From Octopus sinensis (lineage: Eukaryota), in assembly GCF_006345805.1 (NCBI RefSeq), contig NC_042997.1, positions 37,882,001 through 37,946,000 of the forward strand: a stretch of DNA of 64,000 bases, read 5' to 3'. Shown here piece by piece: positions 28,274 to 42,441 of this stretch; within the stretch, counting starts at the first letter, position 1; every line of letters starts with the position of its first letter. The position numbers and the translations under genes are program-made. A model generated the notes under the pieces. It saw nothing but the letters and a program-made list of their open reading frames with translations, searched no databases and had not been told where the DNA came from.

Positions 28274-28590
28274 GATATGGCTTAGTGGTTAGGGGATTCG
28301 ACTCATCATCGTGAGGTCATGAGTTCAATTCTCAGTGACACATTGTGTCCTTCCTTGGGCAAGACAATTTTTCACGTTGTCCTAGTTCACTCAGCTGGCA
28401 AAAATGAGTAGAACCTGTATCTGAAAGGGGCAGCCTCGTCACACTCTGTGTCATGCTGAATCTCTATGGGAACTATGTTAATGGTACACGTACCTGTGGA
28501 GTGCTCAGCCACGTACACGTTAATTTGCCAACAGGTTGTTCCATAGATTGGATCCAGTGGAACCCTCGTCATCGTAACCGACGGAGTGCT
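28274..28590 (+). mobile_element. tRNA-derived SINE family C
   Basis: Head GGCTTAGTGGTTAGG..GAGTTCAATTCTC. The 3' end TGGAACCCTCGTCATCGTAACCGACGGAGTGC is shared with 63076-63460. Confidence 0.8.
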
Positions 28591-29689
28591 ATTTTTATTA
28601 CCCCGTACAAACAATCGATTTTTGCAGCTAAGTATGTTGCAGCTAGCATCAGCACCTTGGTTGTTATCATGTGTACAGCTTAGCTTGAGCTCAGTGTAGG
28701 CCGGCTGCTGTTCATAGATGCATATCTGTGCATATAGGGAACAAGTGGACATGTAATTCAAATCTGTATCGATTCATATCTACGCCTCTAGAATCACTTG
28801 CATGTACAGCAGCTTCTTACACACACGTACACATTCAGCTATGAACGACAGGCTGTCTTCACAGAGTCGCATACATGAAAGCACTAAATATGTTCACACT
28901 TCTTGAAAGTATTAACTTCGCAAATATTAACATTCTACAACGTAACTGGAGCATAATCGTTATGTGGTCAGTTTTCCTTAACTATTCCAGTTGTATAATG
29001 CAAACTGAAACACACAGACACATTCACACATGCACACAAACACGCACACACACGCACACACACAATAGTCCAACCGTGGCAAGGCAACTGAATCATGACA
29101 TACCTAATGGCACCTTATGAAGTAATGTAAGTGACAATGCACACATATCGATATATTCATAACAAGACTAACTTCTCGAACGAAAAGACTTTATCCATTA
29201 GAAAGTTGATAATAGTAGAAGTCAAATATAACGGACATATATGAACGAAGTTCCCCAGCTAACAGTAAGGTAATAACAGCGACTAAACTTCGGTACTATT
29301 AACACAAGTAAGCTCCTGTTTAACAGTTATATGAGAGACATGTAAAAGACCGAGTTTTTCTGTAATTGTCATTTTCCATTATGTCAGGAAAATTTTAACT
29401 TCTACGTCTTTCTATTAATTTACAGCAAAACTGCTAGCACAAGCTCACTTATTGAACATCACTCGACTAAAGGAATTAACATATATATTTACCATAGAAT
29501 GAACTACGATGAGTAAAGTATATTTTCAAATAATATTGATTCTTACAGAACAGTGTGGTTAAAATACACTTGGCTGTATCAAATTAGACATTATGTATGC
29601 AAGCAAATACTGAAGTTTGTGACTTTCTATAGAATATCGACGTTAAGTAAGATATACAGAAGGACCTAATATATATGCTATATATATAA

Positions 29690-30165
29690 ACTTAGATAAA
29701 CTTAAATATCTTTCGACTAAAGATTGGTCCAGGCCATGTATATCTTAATAGCACCGCCTGATAGGATTATCTAAATCCATTTTTTTGAAAGTCAAGTTTT
29801 GTGGCATCATGGGAGTTATTGTGGAGTGAGTTGAATCCAGGTATTGGTTGCTTATCTGGTATTCCTTGAAGAAATTTGTCTGAACTCTGTTTAAAGGTTG
29901 TGATGGGATCCTTTTCCTCTTTGTTTAGTTTTGGGACAATGTTAAACAGGGCAGGGCCTGATGAGGAAAAGAAATTGGGTCGTAGTGTAGCGATATGTTG
30001 TGATACTGAATTGGTCAGGGGACGTATGACCCGTGGTCCCAGCCTTGGATGAACCTTGAAGCTATGTTCAGGTCGTTCGGGCAATGCTGGTGGTATATTC
30101 TCGACGGCGCTGGAAAGAGTATAGTTTCAAGGCTTTAAGGCGGTCCCAGTAATCGAGATCAGCCA
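29690..30165 (-). mobile_element. CR1/L2-type LINE 3' end
   Basis: SSGPALFNIVPKLNKEEKDPITTFKQSSDKFLQGIPDKQPIPG, and the same 3' tail family as 12470-12800. Confidence 0.8.
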
Positions 30166-30246
30166 TGCCCTTAATTCGATTATTGAACGCTCCCTGGGGT
30201 GATTCAATATTTGAGATGTTTATGAAGCATCTAATATATATACTAT

Positions 30247-30292
<46 letters not shown>

Positions 30293-30301
30293 ATATATAC
30301 A

Positions 30302-30363
<62 letters not shown>

Positions 30364-30450
30364 GATAGATAGAGAGAGAGAGAGAGAGGAGAGAGAGAGT
30401 TATGGTATATTCTATTAAGAACGTAGAAGAGTAAAGTATACATCTTGTCA

Positions 30451-30568
30451 ATCTTCAGATTTCACCTTGTGTTATAGTAGTATTATACGTACTTCCATAC
30501 ACACGCACGAACACACGCACACACACGCACACACACACACACACACAGATATATATATACATATATAC

Positions 30569-30624
<56 letters not shown>

Positions 30625-30716
30625 GTGTGTGTGTGTGTGCGTATGTGTGCGTGTGTTCGTGCGTGTGTATGGAAGTACGTATAATACTACTATAACACAA
30701 GGTGGGATTTGAAGAT
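30451..30716. repeat. 266-bp fold-back inverted repeat centred on (TA)n
   Basis: CACCTTGTGTTATAGTAGTATTATACGTACTTCCATACACACGCACGAACACACGCAC (from 30463) is exactly mirrored on the right, ending at 30704. Confidence 0.95.
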
Positions 30717-31299
30717 GTACGTATAGCAAAATCCGGAAAAAATTAAAGTGAACATGGTGTGATAAGGGGTAAAATCCAAGTACAGTGTCTTTCTTTAGAG
30801 AAAAACTGAAAGGAGAAAATAAAATTAAAGACAGCAGACGTTTACACCCTCTAAGTTAAAAGACTATCTCTCATCTATTTCTCTCCTTTTAACTTATCTC
30901 TAAAAAAAGAATGTTGTTCAAAACATTGAATTTTCCAATCCACACGACATGGTCACTATTATTTCTATCCATTTTACTTCCTATAAGTCTTGCCGACGCA
31001 GATCAACATCTGCCTGTTCGGATTTTATGGTTATTGGTGTGTGTATGTATGTTTGTGTGTGTGTGAGTGTATGCATATATGTATGCAAGTATGTATGTCA
31101 TTATTCAGTTTTGTTTCAAGATTTCTTGCCAATAGAGGAAGAGTCGGTTTCTAATCCTGATCCAAGGCTCCTTCGTTGGAATTTGAACATCAACAACAGG
31201 GTATTTTGGTGTCCATGTAGGTATATATGTATGTATATATACCTGCAGACCTGTTTTATGCATGTCTTCTTATGCATTTACTTGCATATCTAGATATGC

Positions 31300-32420
31300 T
31301 CATATATACTTAAATGATAAACTTCCCAAATGTTGGTATGAGTACTGGCACTGGAAACACATTATGGGCCACTCTTTCATTGAATGAAGTGAGTTCTGAG
31401 ATTCAAAGTTTCTTTATTCTGCTCTAATATTCTTCAGTGACACGTGTTTCTCTTATAGGTGCCATTGTAAGATATGTTTTCATCCACCTGAAGCTACTTG
31501 CAACATCCCTCATCAGATATAGCGGAAACAGTTAAGACACTGATGAATATGTTGCTAATCTGGTTTAATGTTTTCCCCTTTTCACAAACATATAGCAAAC
31601 TTCAAACCTGTATCCTTTGAGAATGCTGTAATGATGTCAAGGCTCTTGAGCATATTCTTTGAATATAGTATCAAGTCATCCACAAGGAAACAGTGTGTGA
31701 TTTTGATATTTCTGCTTCCTTGTGAATCAGTAAGGTATCCTTCAGAATTACTTAACATAAATGACTGGGAGTTTACAAGAAAGTATAAACAATTTCACAG
31801 GGAGACTGCCTCCTTGGAATATGCCACTGCCAATACTGCATTATATCAGTGATAATACAGTCACTCCTTGTGTTTAATTTCAAGATGATGGCCCACGGGG
31901 AAATCAAGTCAGCTATGAATTCAGGTCGGATATTCTCACTGGAACTTTAGCAAATTCAAGGGTTTCTTGCATCTATAAGTGGAGAATAGAATCAAAGGTT
32001 TTCTTGCTGTCTAGCCACATGGAAACTAGGTTCCTTCTATGCTCTTGCACCTCTAACATTACATGTTTGTTTATTAACAATTGCTCGCACATCTCCAGAA
32101 TATCTCTTCTTCCCAGTTGTTTGTTCTGCTGTGATGATGTTATTGGTTTCACAGCGGCCTTGGAGGAAGAGGTTTAAACATGCTGTATATATTTTATGTA
32201 CGTATGTATCTATGTATACACAGGAAGGTGATGATGGAAGTTGTAATACAGTGCAAAATAGCTGGGGTTCAAAGAAAATCCACAAACCAAGTAATTCAAT
32301 GGGTGATATGGTGAGTTGACATGTCGAGCTAAAAGCTAGATAGAACTTCACTGTTGCTCTGGGCGTCCAAGACATACCTGTGGAAGCACAGGGATGTGCA
32401 AGCTGTCACATAGGTTTATA
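31300..32420 (-). mobile_element. R4/Dong-type (RLE clade) non-LTR RT pseudogene fragment
   Basis: ETNNIITAEQ; RRNLVSMWLDSKKTFDSI; GIFQGGSL; ITHCFLVDDLILYSKN..AFSKDTGLKF; AHNVFPVPVLIPTFG. Confidence 0.8.
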
Positions 32421-34199
32421 AAACAAACCTAATTCACATGTAAATTTAGGAAAAGCTGCAATAAAATACGTTGATGGATATACCATCAGTTCTCTGTCAC
32501 TTGACATTAATATTAATGCTGGTTATATTGATAGTTCAGAGTGCAAAGGAGCATATAAACGTGCAACTATGTATATTCAAAGGAAAGAAGCCAGCTTCAC
32601 ACCAAGTAGATCAAAGTATCGAGCAAGGCATTTTGTTGGGTGAAACGAAGAGAGATTTGGGGAAAGTGTCCTAGCCGAGATAAAGTGAAATTAATTGCGA
32701 ACCGCTACTTGAAGTGATAAGATGAGAGAAACGTAATACTCTTCTAAGGCTTACGCTGATGTCGGCTGAGAATGGTGGAGAAATATGTGTAGTTTAAATT
32801 CGAAGGGGTTTGGCATTTAGTAGCAAGGCAGTGTGACTTACATGCTTGAAATATGTAACTCATTTTCTTAGAATTGGAAAGGAAATTGGAATTCTTGTTG
32901 TAACAAATATGCAACAATTATGCAACAATTTATTGTGGATCACATTTAGGAGATTAGGACTCTGTAGACGGTCGATATTAACACAATAATCACTGAACAT
33001 CAAAGCAATCGTGATAGGACCGTTTGAAATCAAATTAAGCAACTTGGGACTACGTCTCTCAATCATGTTATCAGAGGGTATTTTCATAATATGGCAGACT
33101 TCAAATGATTTGCAGAATCCGAAACATTCAGAGTTTTATCAATTTTAAATTATATAGCTCATAATAGACTTGTAACCTTGTCATGCAGAGTTTCCATTCT
33201 CTCTTAATAGAAAATTGCTACACAAAATAGAACAGTTGTTGCTACCGGTTTCTTCTTCTCCCTTCAGAACATTCGCAAGTGAAAGTGGTTTACTAACTTT
33301 TCCCATTTTTAAAGTTTAGTATACACACACAAACACACACACACACACACACATACACACAAACGCAAATACACATACGCATATTGTTTGCTGATAATTT
33401 CAGCAATTCAAGGCACTCGATGCATCTAACATTTCTTTATATATACAGTTCCGTAATTCTTTTAGACGACTCTACTTTCATCCCTAACCTAACTTATTTG
33501 TTTAAGTTTTGATTAAAACAGGAAACGTGTGTCGTGTTTTTCAGGAATCATTCTGCCTTTCTTTTTACCGCTTCTAGTCTTTAATAATATCTATATGAGT
33601 TTTGTGAGGTTTTTAGTTATGTAGTGTCGAGTGTAGTATGAATGTAGGTATGAGTAGAGAGGTGTCGTTACATGCATAGAGTGCGTGTGTTGCGTGTGTT
33701 CCAGGATGAAAATACTGGGGAGGTTAGAAAGAGAAATCTAAAAGTGGAGGACCCGTGTGGTGTAGCTAATCAGGTGCTGTTGAGATTTCCAATTGAACAG
33801 TATGAATATATCAACGTGGATAAACCTCGTTTATTTTTTGGTTCTTATACTTAGACACGTAAACGGCGCACATCTAGCTAAAATAAAAATAAAAACACGC
33901 CTATAACTACATTAGAATAAGACCTCCGATAATTATATTTGAATCATAATGCTGACACATTCCTAGTAACAGAGAGTAATTCTTTTCACTATCGTGAATT
34001 TGAATTTGAAACAGGGCTTTTCTTCACTCAAAGCTGATGTTTAAGCAACAGTTTTGTGTTATACTTTATATTAAAAATACAAAATCAAAACTTTGACCCT
34101 TCAAAATATGTACGAAATATCCTGTACGCTAGAGGACTATTTTCTCCATTGGAGTTATCATTATTTTGAAGCCCAGAAGTTTGGATTTAAGCGTCTGAA

Positions 34200-35030
34200 G
34201 ATGTAAGGTTTTACCTTAGAATGATATCAGATGGAAATACTACCCGGCGTATGTGATATTTTATCTCTAGGTATGTCAAATATGCAACGGTGTGGTTGCT
34301 GTTTGACACCCCAGAGGAGGGTCGCAGATTTGCGAGCCAGCCCTTTGAGGGTAAAGAAATTTTGTTTCTTCCCACTTATTGTAGAAAAAAATTGACGTGG
34401 GCTTGGATCTGTGGTTTGCCACCCGGAATTGAACACCAGTGGTTAGGGGATACTATCCGTAGGAGTGTGGGTGGCATAGGTGTCAGGCTCCTCAATGTGA
34501 AAATTCTTCCTGCAGATGATTGGGTTGGGTCAAAAGCTGTTTTGACTCTATTTGGACCCAATCAGCTCTGAATCTGGTTATGTCAGATTTTTTGGAAATG
34601 GCCGGGTGCAGGTACCCGGTGATTCTTGAGTGCGCCTCCCCCCCCTCAGATGACAGTCTGGCCATATAAAGGAAAACTGTCCTCAGGAACAAAGCAAAGT
34701 TATAGAGTAGTTCATTGAGACCTCTGTAGAAGAAGGGACGAAGGCGGCCCAGGGGACCGGGGCAACAATGGGTGCTTACCGAAGGATCCTAGGGATGAGG
34801 GAGAGGAGGCAAATCTCCCGGTTACGGAGGAGACGCATCCACCCTCATTTGAGAGAAAAAAGAAGAAGAAGACAAAGGGGACATTGCCGGCAGTCGGTGA
34901 CATAGCATCGGAATGACCCGGAACCTTGCCGGTAGGGGTTGCGTCACTGACAGGGGAAGAGACACCGTTGGGGGAATTGTGCCGCCAGCGATAGAATTCA
35001 CTACCTCGAACCCTGAAGAAGAGGAACTAT
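34200..35030 (+). mobile_element. ORF1-like element (RRM-type region plus CCHC knuckle remnant); no ORF2 visible
   Basis: VKYATVWLLFDTPEEGRRFASQPFEGKEILFLPTYCRKK..WICGLPPGIEHQWL, later YPVILE and QSGHIKENCP. Confidence 0.7.
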
Positions 35031-35309
35031 TGGTCTTTTCTCTTCTTCCCCCTTGTTGCCTTCGTCCTTTTTTTCTCCCTCTCTTTGTTTCCTTTGTCCC
35101 CTTTCTTTTCTCTCTCTTCTCTCGCGTGACTGCTGGTCAAACCAGCCTTTTGGCCTCCGACCACTGCCGTGAGAACATCGTTGTCTTTGTCTGCCGATAA
35201 AGGCATTTTTTCCAAAATACGCCAGCTAAACTAAGTTGTACTGTTTATTAGTCGTAAGACACCTGCTGTTTTTGTCCTGTTTTTACCATTATTGTTTTTT
35301 ATATTTTAT

Positions 35310-35470
35310 ATCCGTGTGGCATCGTCCATTTTTCTGTCCGTTTCATATACATTCGATCCTTCTTCCAAGAAATCTAATGCTCGTAGCTTAGTTTTTCCTT
35401 GGTGCTAGCCGGATCGAAGCGATCTCAAGATTAATCAGCCGAAATTACTAGGATGATCCGGTTCTTGAGA
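35310..35470 (+). repeat. Copy of the dispersed 3' tail repeat
   Basis: AAATCTAATGCTCG..GCGATCTCAAGATTAATCAGCCGAAATTACTAGGATGATCCGGTTCTTGA. Confidence 0.75.
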
Positions 35471-35799
35471 TATTCTAGTAATTCCAGTAGTTGACGCCTT
35501 GTTCTTTTAAGAACCATATAAAACTGGATAATTTGGTAGTTTTCTGTTTATTTCAGTGTCTGAAGCTTAAGATGTGATTGTTGAATCTTGCTTTAAAATT
35601 TCCCTCTGTGAGACCCACACATCTCTTGGATGAATCTGTATTATTACCGTTCGTAGAATTTACAGTGGCTTCATAAATAATGGCGTCGGTCATACAGGCT
35701 CCGTTTAACGGGCATTAGTCTGTATGTGTGTAAGAATATCCAGCTTCGTGTTGTTGTTTTGCATTCGTGTTGTTGTGTTGTAATTATAATTTTAATGTT

Positions 35800-37250
35800 T
35801 GATGTCGAACTAAAACTAATTTTTAGGTTGTGCCTATTAAATGGCTTTCTATGTTTGTGTTGTATTAGAATAAATCTATCTATAAGGGACGAGAAATATT
35901 TACCTATATCAAAGGCCATGGTGTTTCTAATGCAAACACCAGAGACACACGACTACATGAACTACACTCATCACCAGGAATTACCCACTTTCACTAATTG
36001 ACATGTGCTTTCAACGTGACCTACAATTAAACATCCACGAACTCAGGCATCCCAAATTAAAGAAGGATTTACAACCAAAAGCCCTGCCATACATCTCCAC
36101 ACACAACCCTCTTAACAATAAAGCCTTCGACACCATCCTTCAAAATATTCCCCTGCTAAAAAAGGACCACAGAATGAACATAATCCTCCATACACACACC
36201 ATCATAAAAAGCAAGAGACAACCCAAATCTATGAAAAGTCTTCTAAAACAAGCCCGAATAGGCACAACAACAATACAGATGCCGTCAGTAAAAAAAAATG
36301 CGGAAGACCCAACTGTGGGATATCCGTCAATTTAATTGAGGGATATGAGTTATACCTTAAACAGGGACAACGTTTCACAGTGAAAAGCAGCTTCACGTGT
36401 GCTTCCGATAACCTGATATACGCACGAACCTGCTCTTGGTGTTAAGAACAATACATAAGCCAAACGAAAACAGTCCACATCAAAGGATGGCTCTGCACAG
36501 ATCACAGAGCAAAATTCCTTAAAACAGAAAAATAGCATTCAGCCAACACATAGACATTTGCGCCAACAACAAAAATCCAAGCTTCAGAATTTTCCCTCTG
36601 TACCAATTCAGGGACGATACAACCTGTATCCAACGAATTAGTAAAGAGAGTTTTTTTATTACAAAATACAGACCCCTTTTGAATGCATCTACAACAAACA
36701 GCATATCCACCACGGCCTTAGAATAACACAAACACACTCGCAAATATTAAATATGATACATGCAAGAGATACCCAAAAATTCATTTAAAAACAGTCTCAA
36801 TCACTACTATAATCCACAACGGTTTACTTTTAGGTCCCTTGACCATTGAACATCCTACTACTATCATACTACCTGCATTCCTTTATTATTCTCTCTCCTC
36901 TTTCTCCTTTCTCTTCGTCTTCTTCCTCTCTGCCACCTCCTTCCTTACTTCACTAATATTGCTGTTTAGAACAACACGCAAATATTATAAACAATACATT
37001 CAAAAGAGATGTCTCAAGAATTCAATCACAACTACCATCCACAACAAGGCACTTTTAGAGCACTTGACCATTTAACATCTAACTACTATCATAGCACTCC
37101 CACATTGCTCTTCTTCTTCTTCTTCTTTCCCTCCTCCTGCTTCTCCTTGTTCTTGTTCTTCTTCTCTTTCTTCTCTGCCAAGAATTCACAACGACCTCGA
37201 ACCTTCAAGAGTAAACAAGAGAGACAGAGACAGGCAGAAACAAGGAATAT
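35800..37250 (+). mobile_element. PLE 3' part (thumb, Cys linker, GIY-YIG, 3'UTR); Neptune-like
   Basis: ALPYISTHNPLN..IIKSKRQPKSMKSLL; KKCGRPNC; FTCASDNLIYARTCSWC*EQYISQT; ESFFITKYRPLLN. The 3'UTR contains a ~245-bp degenerate tandem duplication. Confidence 0.85.
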
Positions 37251-37497
37251 GCTCCTTGTATTTGAATACTATGCAGATATTCTTTAAAAAAAAATTTTCT
37301 GATAATTTTTGTCTAACTTTAATTGTTTTCCATACTTAGAGTTGAAAACTTCTTAATGCCTGAAACCGGTACTGAAATGATTTTTATAAAATTATTTTAG
37401 CATTTTCTACTTTGACTTTTTTCCATACATACATAAATCCATCCATCCATCCATCCATCCATCCATCCATCCATTCATCCATACATCCATACATACA

Positions 37498-37569
<72 letters not shown>

Positions 37570-37627
37570 CATATATATACATAAATGTATATATATATAT
37601 TTATATTATATATATATATATATATAT

Positions 37628-37666
<39 letters not shown>

Positions 37667-37697
37667 CGTAAATATATGTATATATATATATAGATAG

Positions 37698-37755
<58 letters not shown>

Positions 37756-38278
37756 ATGATAGAAATATGTATACTTACATGTACACACGACGGTCTTCTT
37801 TCTGTTTTCGCGTACCATATACACCAATGTGACACTGAGCGGCCCGGGGCTAATATAGATGGCACTTGCCCAAAGTTCTGCGCTGTGAGATTAAACCCCA
37901 AATCCACGTGATAGTTAAATATATGTTAAATTGAGTGTGTGCGTGTGTGTGCATATATATACAGTCTATATTATGTCTTGAATAATATCCATTGCGGAAA
38001 GTAAAGTGAAAATAAATCTCAAGTAAATATAATTGCAGTGTTGTTAAGTTTTTCGTATGTTAAAAGATCTGAATCGTGGACAATACCGAATAAATGAATG
38101 CCTCATTGTCAACGAATTTTCCATTTAATTTACATTTAGAAAAGCAAATACTTTCCAAAGAATACGTTGTTATAAACGAAATAAATTGCTTTTATCCAAC
38201 AATGGTAACCCTAGAAGAGCCGCAGATTGGTCGTTGAATGTTGCCAAATTGGAAAAAGAGATACTATATATATATATT

Positions 38279-38360
<82 letters not shown>

Positions 38361-38361
<1 letters not shown>

Positions 38362-38591
38362 TTCTTTACTACCCACAAGGTGCTAAACATAGAGGGGACA
38401 AACAAGGACAGACAAAGGGATTAAGTCGATTACATCGACCCCAGTTCGAAACTGGTACTTAATTTATCGACCCCGAAAGGATGAAAGGCAAAGTCGACCT
38501 CGGCGGAATTTGAACTCAGAACGTAACGGCAGACGAAATACGGCTACGCATTTCGCTCGGTGTGCTAACGTGTCTGCCAGCTCACCGCCTT
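38361..38591 (-). mobile_element. SINE family B
   Basis: Reverse complement of 3655-3890. Confidence 0.9.
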
Positions 38592-40803
38592 TTTTATATA
38601 TGTATGTATGTATGTATGTATATATGTATTATGTATGTATGTGTGTATGTATGTTCACATGTGTGTGCGTGCGTGTAATTATATGTTTTCTAAAATATAT
38701 TCTACTCTCCGTACATATATGTATGTGATAATGAGTTTTTTAGCGTGCGTTATAATCTGCTGCAATAGTTAATCCCAATCTATGTGATCAACAATTTGAA
38801 GCGCCTTATATCGTCACGCCTGATTCTGTTCCTTATGGCTTTCTAACGTTCAACGTTATACAAATCCCAGTAGTAATTCATGTTATTCATCTACTACTTT
38901 ATCTTTCAAGATAAAGGTTGCTGTGTGTAATAAATCTATATATTTTTTGTGAATATTCAAATATTTTTAAGTGAGCATATTTTGACCCTTGAGATAAATG
39001 AATACTTTCTTTATTCTTATATTTTTCAAATAGAAAGTCATTTTATTCCTTCATAATAAATTTGTGATTCACTCCCATTGTTTTTAAATTAATGTAAATT
39101 TTTAATTAGATTAAATGAATTCCTATTTAAAGTACATTTTTTTAAATATAAATTCTATTATAGTCATTATTTGTTTGTTCGAATTCAATAATTATATCTA
39201 TCATTTACTTGATTTATTTCATAGAAATACTTAATTTGTAATTAGTCATCACTGAACAATTCATCTTCCCCTATGAATTAAATCCATGATGCATTAAAAA
39301 TAATTCTTGTTATGTATTTATTCGTTATATATCGTTTTTGTCTCTATGATTTGGTATATTTACTCCTCTTGATTTCCATAAACAAATAGCCATATCGTGT
39401 ATCTATTTATCTCCGAAACTTTGTACCTCGCTGGCTATCTAACAATTTTGATTCATTAAAATGTTTACATAAGCAAATGGAAAACAATGATCAAAACCAA
39501 ATCCGCTTGAACAATATAGTTCTCTGATTGTCAAAGAAGAAACCATTTTTGAACTTAATTACATCTTTCTTGTACATTATTGAAGCATAGCAAACACATC
39601 CAATTACCCAAGCTTGAATTGAGAGACGCTTTTATGAATCTTAAAATGTGACCAATCATTCTGCCAATAAGTTTGCATTCTTTATTTTCAATGCTCTATT
39701 TGGGCTATGCTACAATTTCAATATTCAAAAGAAAAATAATCGCCCGCTCAACTCGAGCGTAATTAACAGCTAACGTATGATAACTGCCTTCATACTCTAA
39801 GAAGATATATAATGAATCACATAACCAGCATCATTTGAATTATATCGGCAACAATAGACTTCAGAAAGAGGATATCAATTATGCCACCGGGTTTTGTGTT
39901 TTATTATATCTTAAATACTTTCGGGTGAAAACGTTACCTTGTTAGAATATGCTTCCCGTTTCCTGTGTACGCTAACAACGTTTGGAAATTCTTGATGACA
40001 TAAGACTTTGTTAAATATTAAATATTTCACCTGGTTTTTCAATTTTGCCAGAATCGTCTTAGATTATCATTATTAATAGCTCCTTTGACTTATTACTATA
40101 TCTCACAAACCGCAAATCTAGATGGGAAGGTGATTCATTAAAGCCAACCGCTCCTTTTTCTTGATACGTTAGATTAACGACTGCAATGAAGTCGCGCTGA
40201 AAAGCTGCAGATAAATTTTTGCTCAAGCAACATATCTAGTATGGAACACCTCTCCCATGGAAATGCTTAATAAAATGCGAAAGAATCTAATGATTAATTT
40301 AACATAATGGATTTCTTCACATAGGGATTGCAGCATCTCGAATTATGTGATCACGATCCTCCTAAATGGAACTCGTAAATCCATAAAAATTAATAGATAC
40401 AAAGAGTCTTTGACACAGCGAAAGAATACACATTTCAAAAGGATAAAAATAAATAGCGAAGACACATCGCCTTCTTGCAAACGTAATACAAATGATAAAA
40501 GTACACCACCTAAAGAATATAAAGATTGCTTACAAATGTGCATAACGTTCATTTTTAATATCATATCCATACATGACAGCTCTTAGCGTTTTTAGGCTTT
40601 TAGCATCTTTAACTTTCATTTACAATTTGGGTTTAACTTATTATATTCAGGTGTATTCAGGAATAATGATAAAACACAAATTCGTTCTTCATGCTACTAA
40701 TGCTTCTGTTATTGCACATCGTGTTATATCTCATCTGCCAAACTAAGAGTGGTATACTCAATGACTATATGTCAAGAATACTCACCACACGGAAAACGAT
40801 TAA

Positions 40804-40860
<57 letters not shown>

Positions 40861-40947
40861 AATATATATATATATATCTATATATATATATATATATATA
40901 TACATACTATATACTTATATATATATATATATACATACATATATACT

Positions 40948-41034
<87 letters not shown>

Positions 41035-41059
41035 CATACATATATACTTATATATATAT

Positions 41060-41093
<34 letters not shown>

Positions 41094-41132
41094 CTTATAT
41101 ATATATATACATATATACATGTACATATATAT

Positions 41133-41184
<52 letters not shown>

Positions 41185-41423
41185 AAATAAGCAACAAGGA
41201 TACCCATAGGTAATGCTGTACGATCGCTTCATGCAACTCCATTTAATTGAACAATGCATATCCGGGTGCTTACTTTGATTTTAATCACCATACTTTAAAA
41301 GTGTATGGCTAATACCGTACTAAATTCTGGTGCCTCAACTTAAGTACCATATTCATCTGAATCTAAATGTTTGCTATATATATATATATATATACATATA
41401 TAATATATATATATATATATAGT

Positions 41424-41466
<43 letters not shown>

Positions 41467-42441
41467 ATATATATATATATAATATATACATACATACATA
41501 TACATATTGATAATAGTTTATCCTAGTGTGGTGGTATTCGGCCACTACGTCTGAGACATCTTTATGAAGGCCATTGCGGAATGAAACAAATTTAATGCGC
41601 TTACACCAATGTATTCTCTTGAAATTACATGCTTCTTTTGTAAATGAAGATAAAATGAAAGACTAATTTAAAAAGACACGTTCATTTATTTCCTTTTCTG
41701 CAGTACATACTTTTTTTTAACAGAGATATAAATTCACAAACACAGCAAGTTATTTTGAATCTCCATTCGTTTTCAAATTACTCCATAACACAGATATTAA
41801 CAACGTTATCAATAACGAAGATGTTATAAACATCAATACAAAGGCTTCAGCAAATAGTAACCTTTTACAGAAATATATCGGAACTTAAAAGTAATTCATA
41901 TCAAACAGTAGATTAACGTTACATTATATAATTATATGTATATTAAAGAAGACAAGTTGCTTTAACGTGATGTAAGTAACCTGACAACGTCAGACCTACA
42001 TTAATGTCTATTAATATCCTTAGGAGTGCCGGTGATTAATCTTTCTTTCCAACAGAATAATAAAATATTAGATTCTCCGGACAGGAAATCTGTGTAATTT
42101 ACCAAAATCCTCTGTCAAATGTAATCTCATAGTTCAAAGAGTTTGATCATAATACGCTGCTAATATGTTTATAGCCACACCAATACTGAAGTCAATTTCT
42201 ACATCTTTTACAACACAGAAATACAGTTCAATGAGATATTACATCTTTCAAATAAATCGTGTTATTGCTTCATGTTTTCTGCTGTATTTTATAAAAAACA
42301 TAAATTTTGCGAAATGGAAAACACTAAATAATATAATTATACTTCTGTAAATATTGTCTTTATCTACGTGTAAACACAGTCACAAACATACCGTTCAGAA
42401 AAGACATACCCATATACACATAAACAAATATACACGTTTGC

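Noticed and set aside
29955-29985. CTGATGA motifs inside retroelement or transposase coding remnants (also ~17640, ~31510, ~45238)
   Set aside because: No compatible stems I-III; chance matches.
39480-40600. Hydrophobic, protein-like minus-strand translations (also 27300-27800)
   Set aside because: Multiple stops in every frame and no recognisable motif; cannot be told from AT-rich noncoding DNA without a search.
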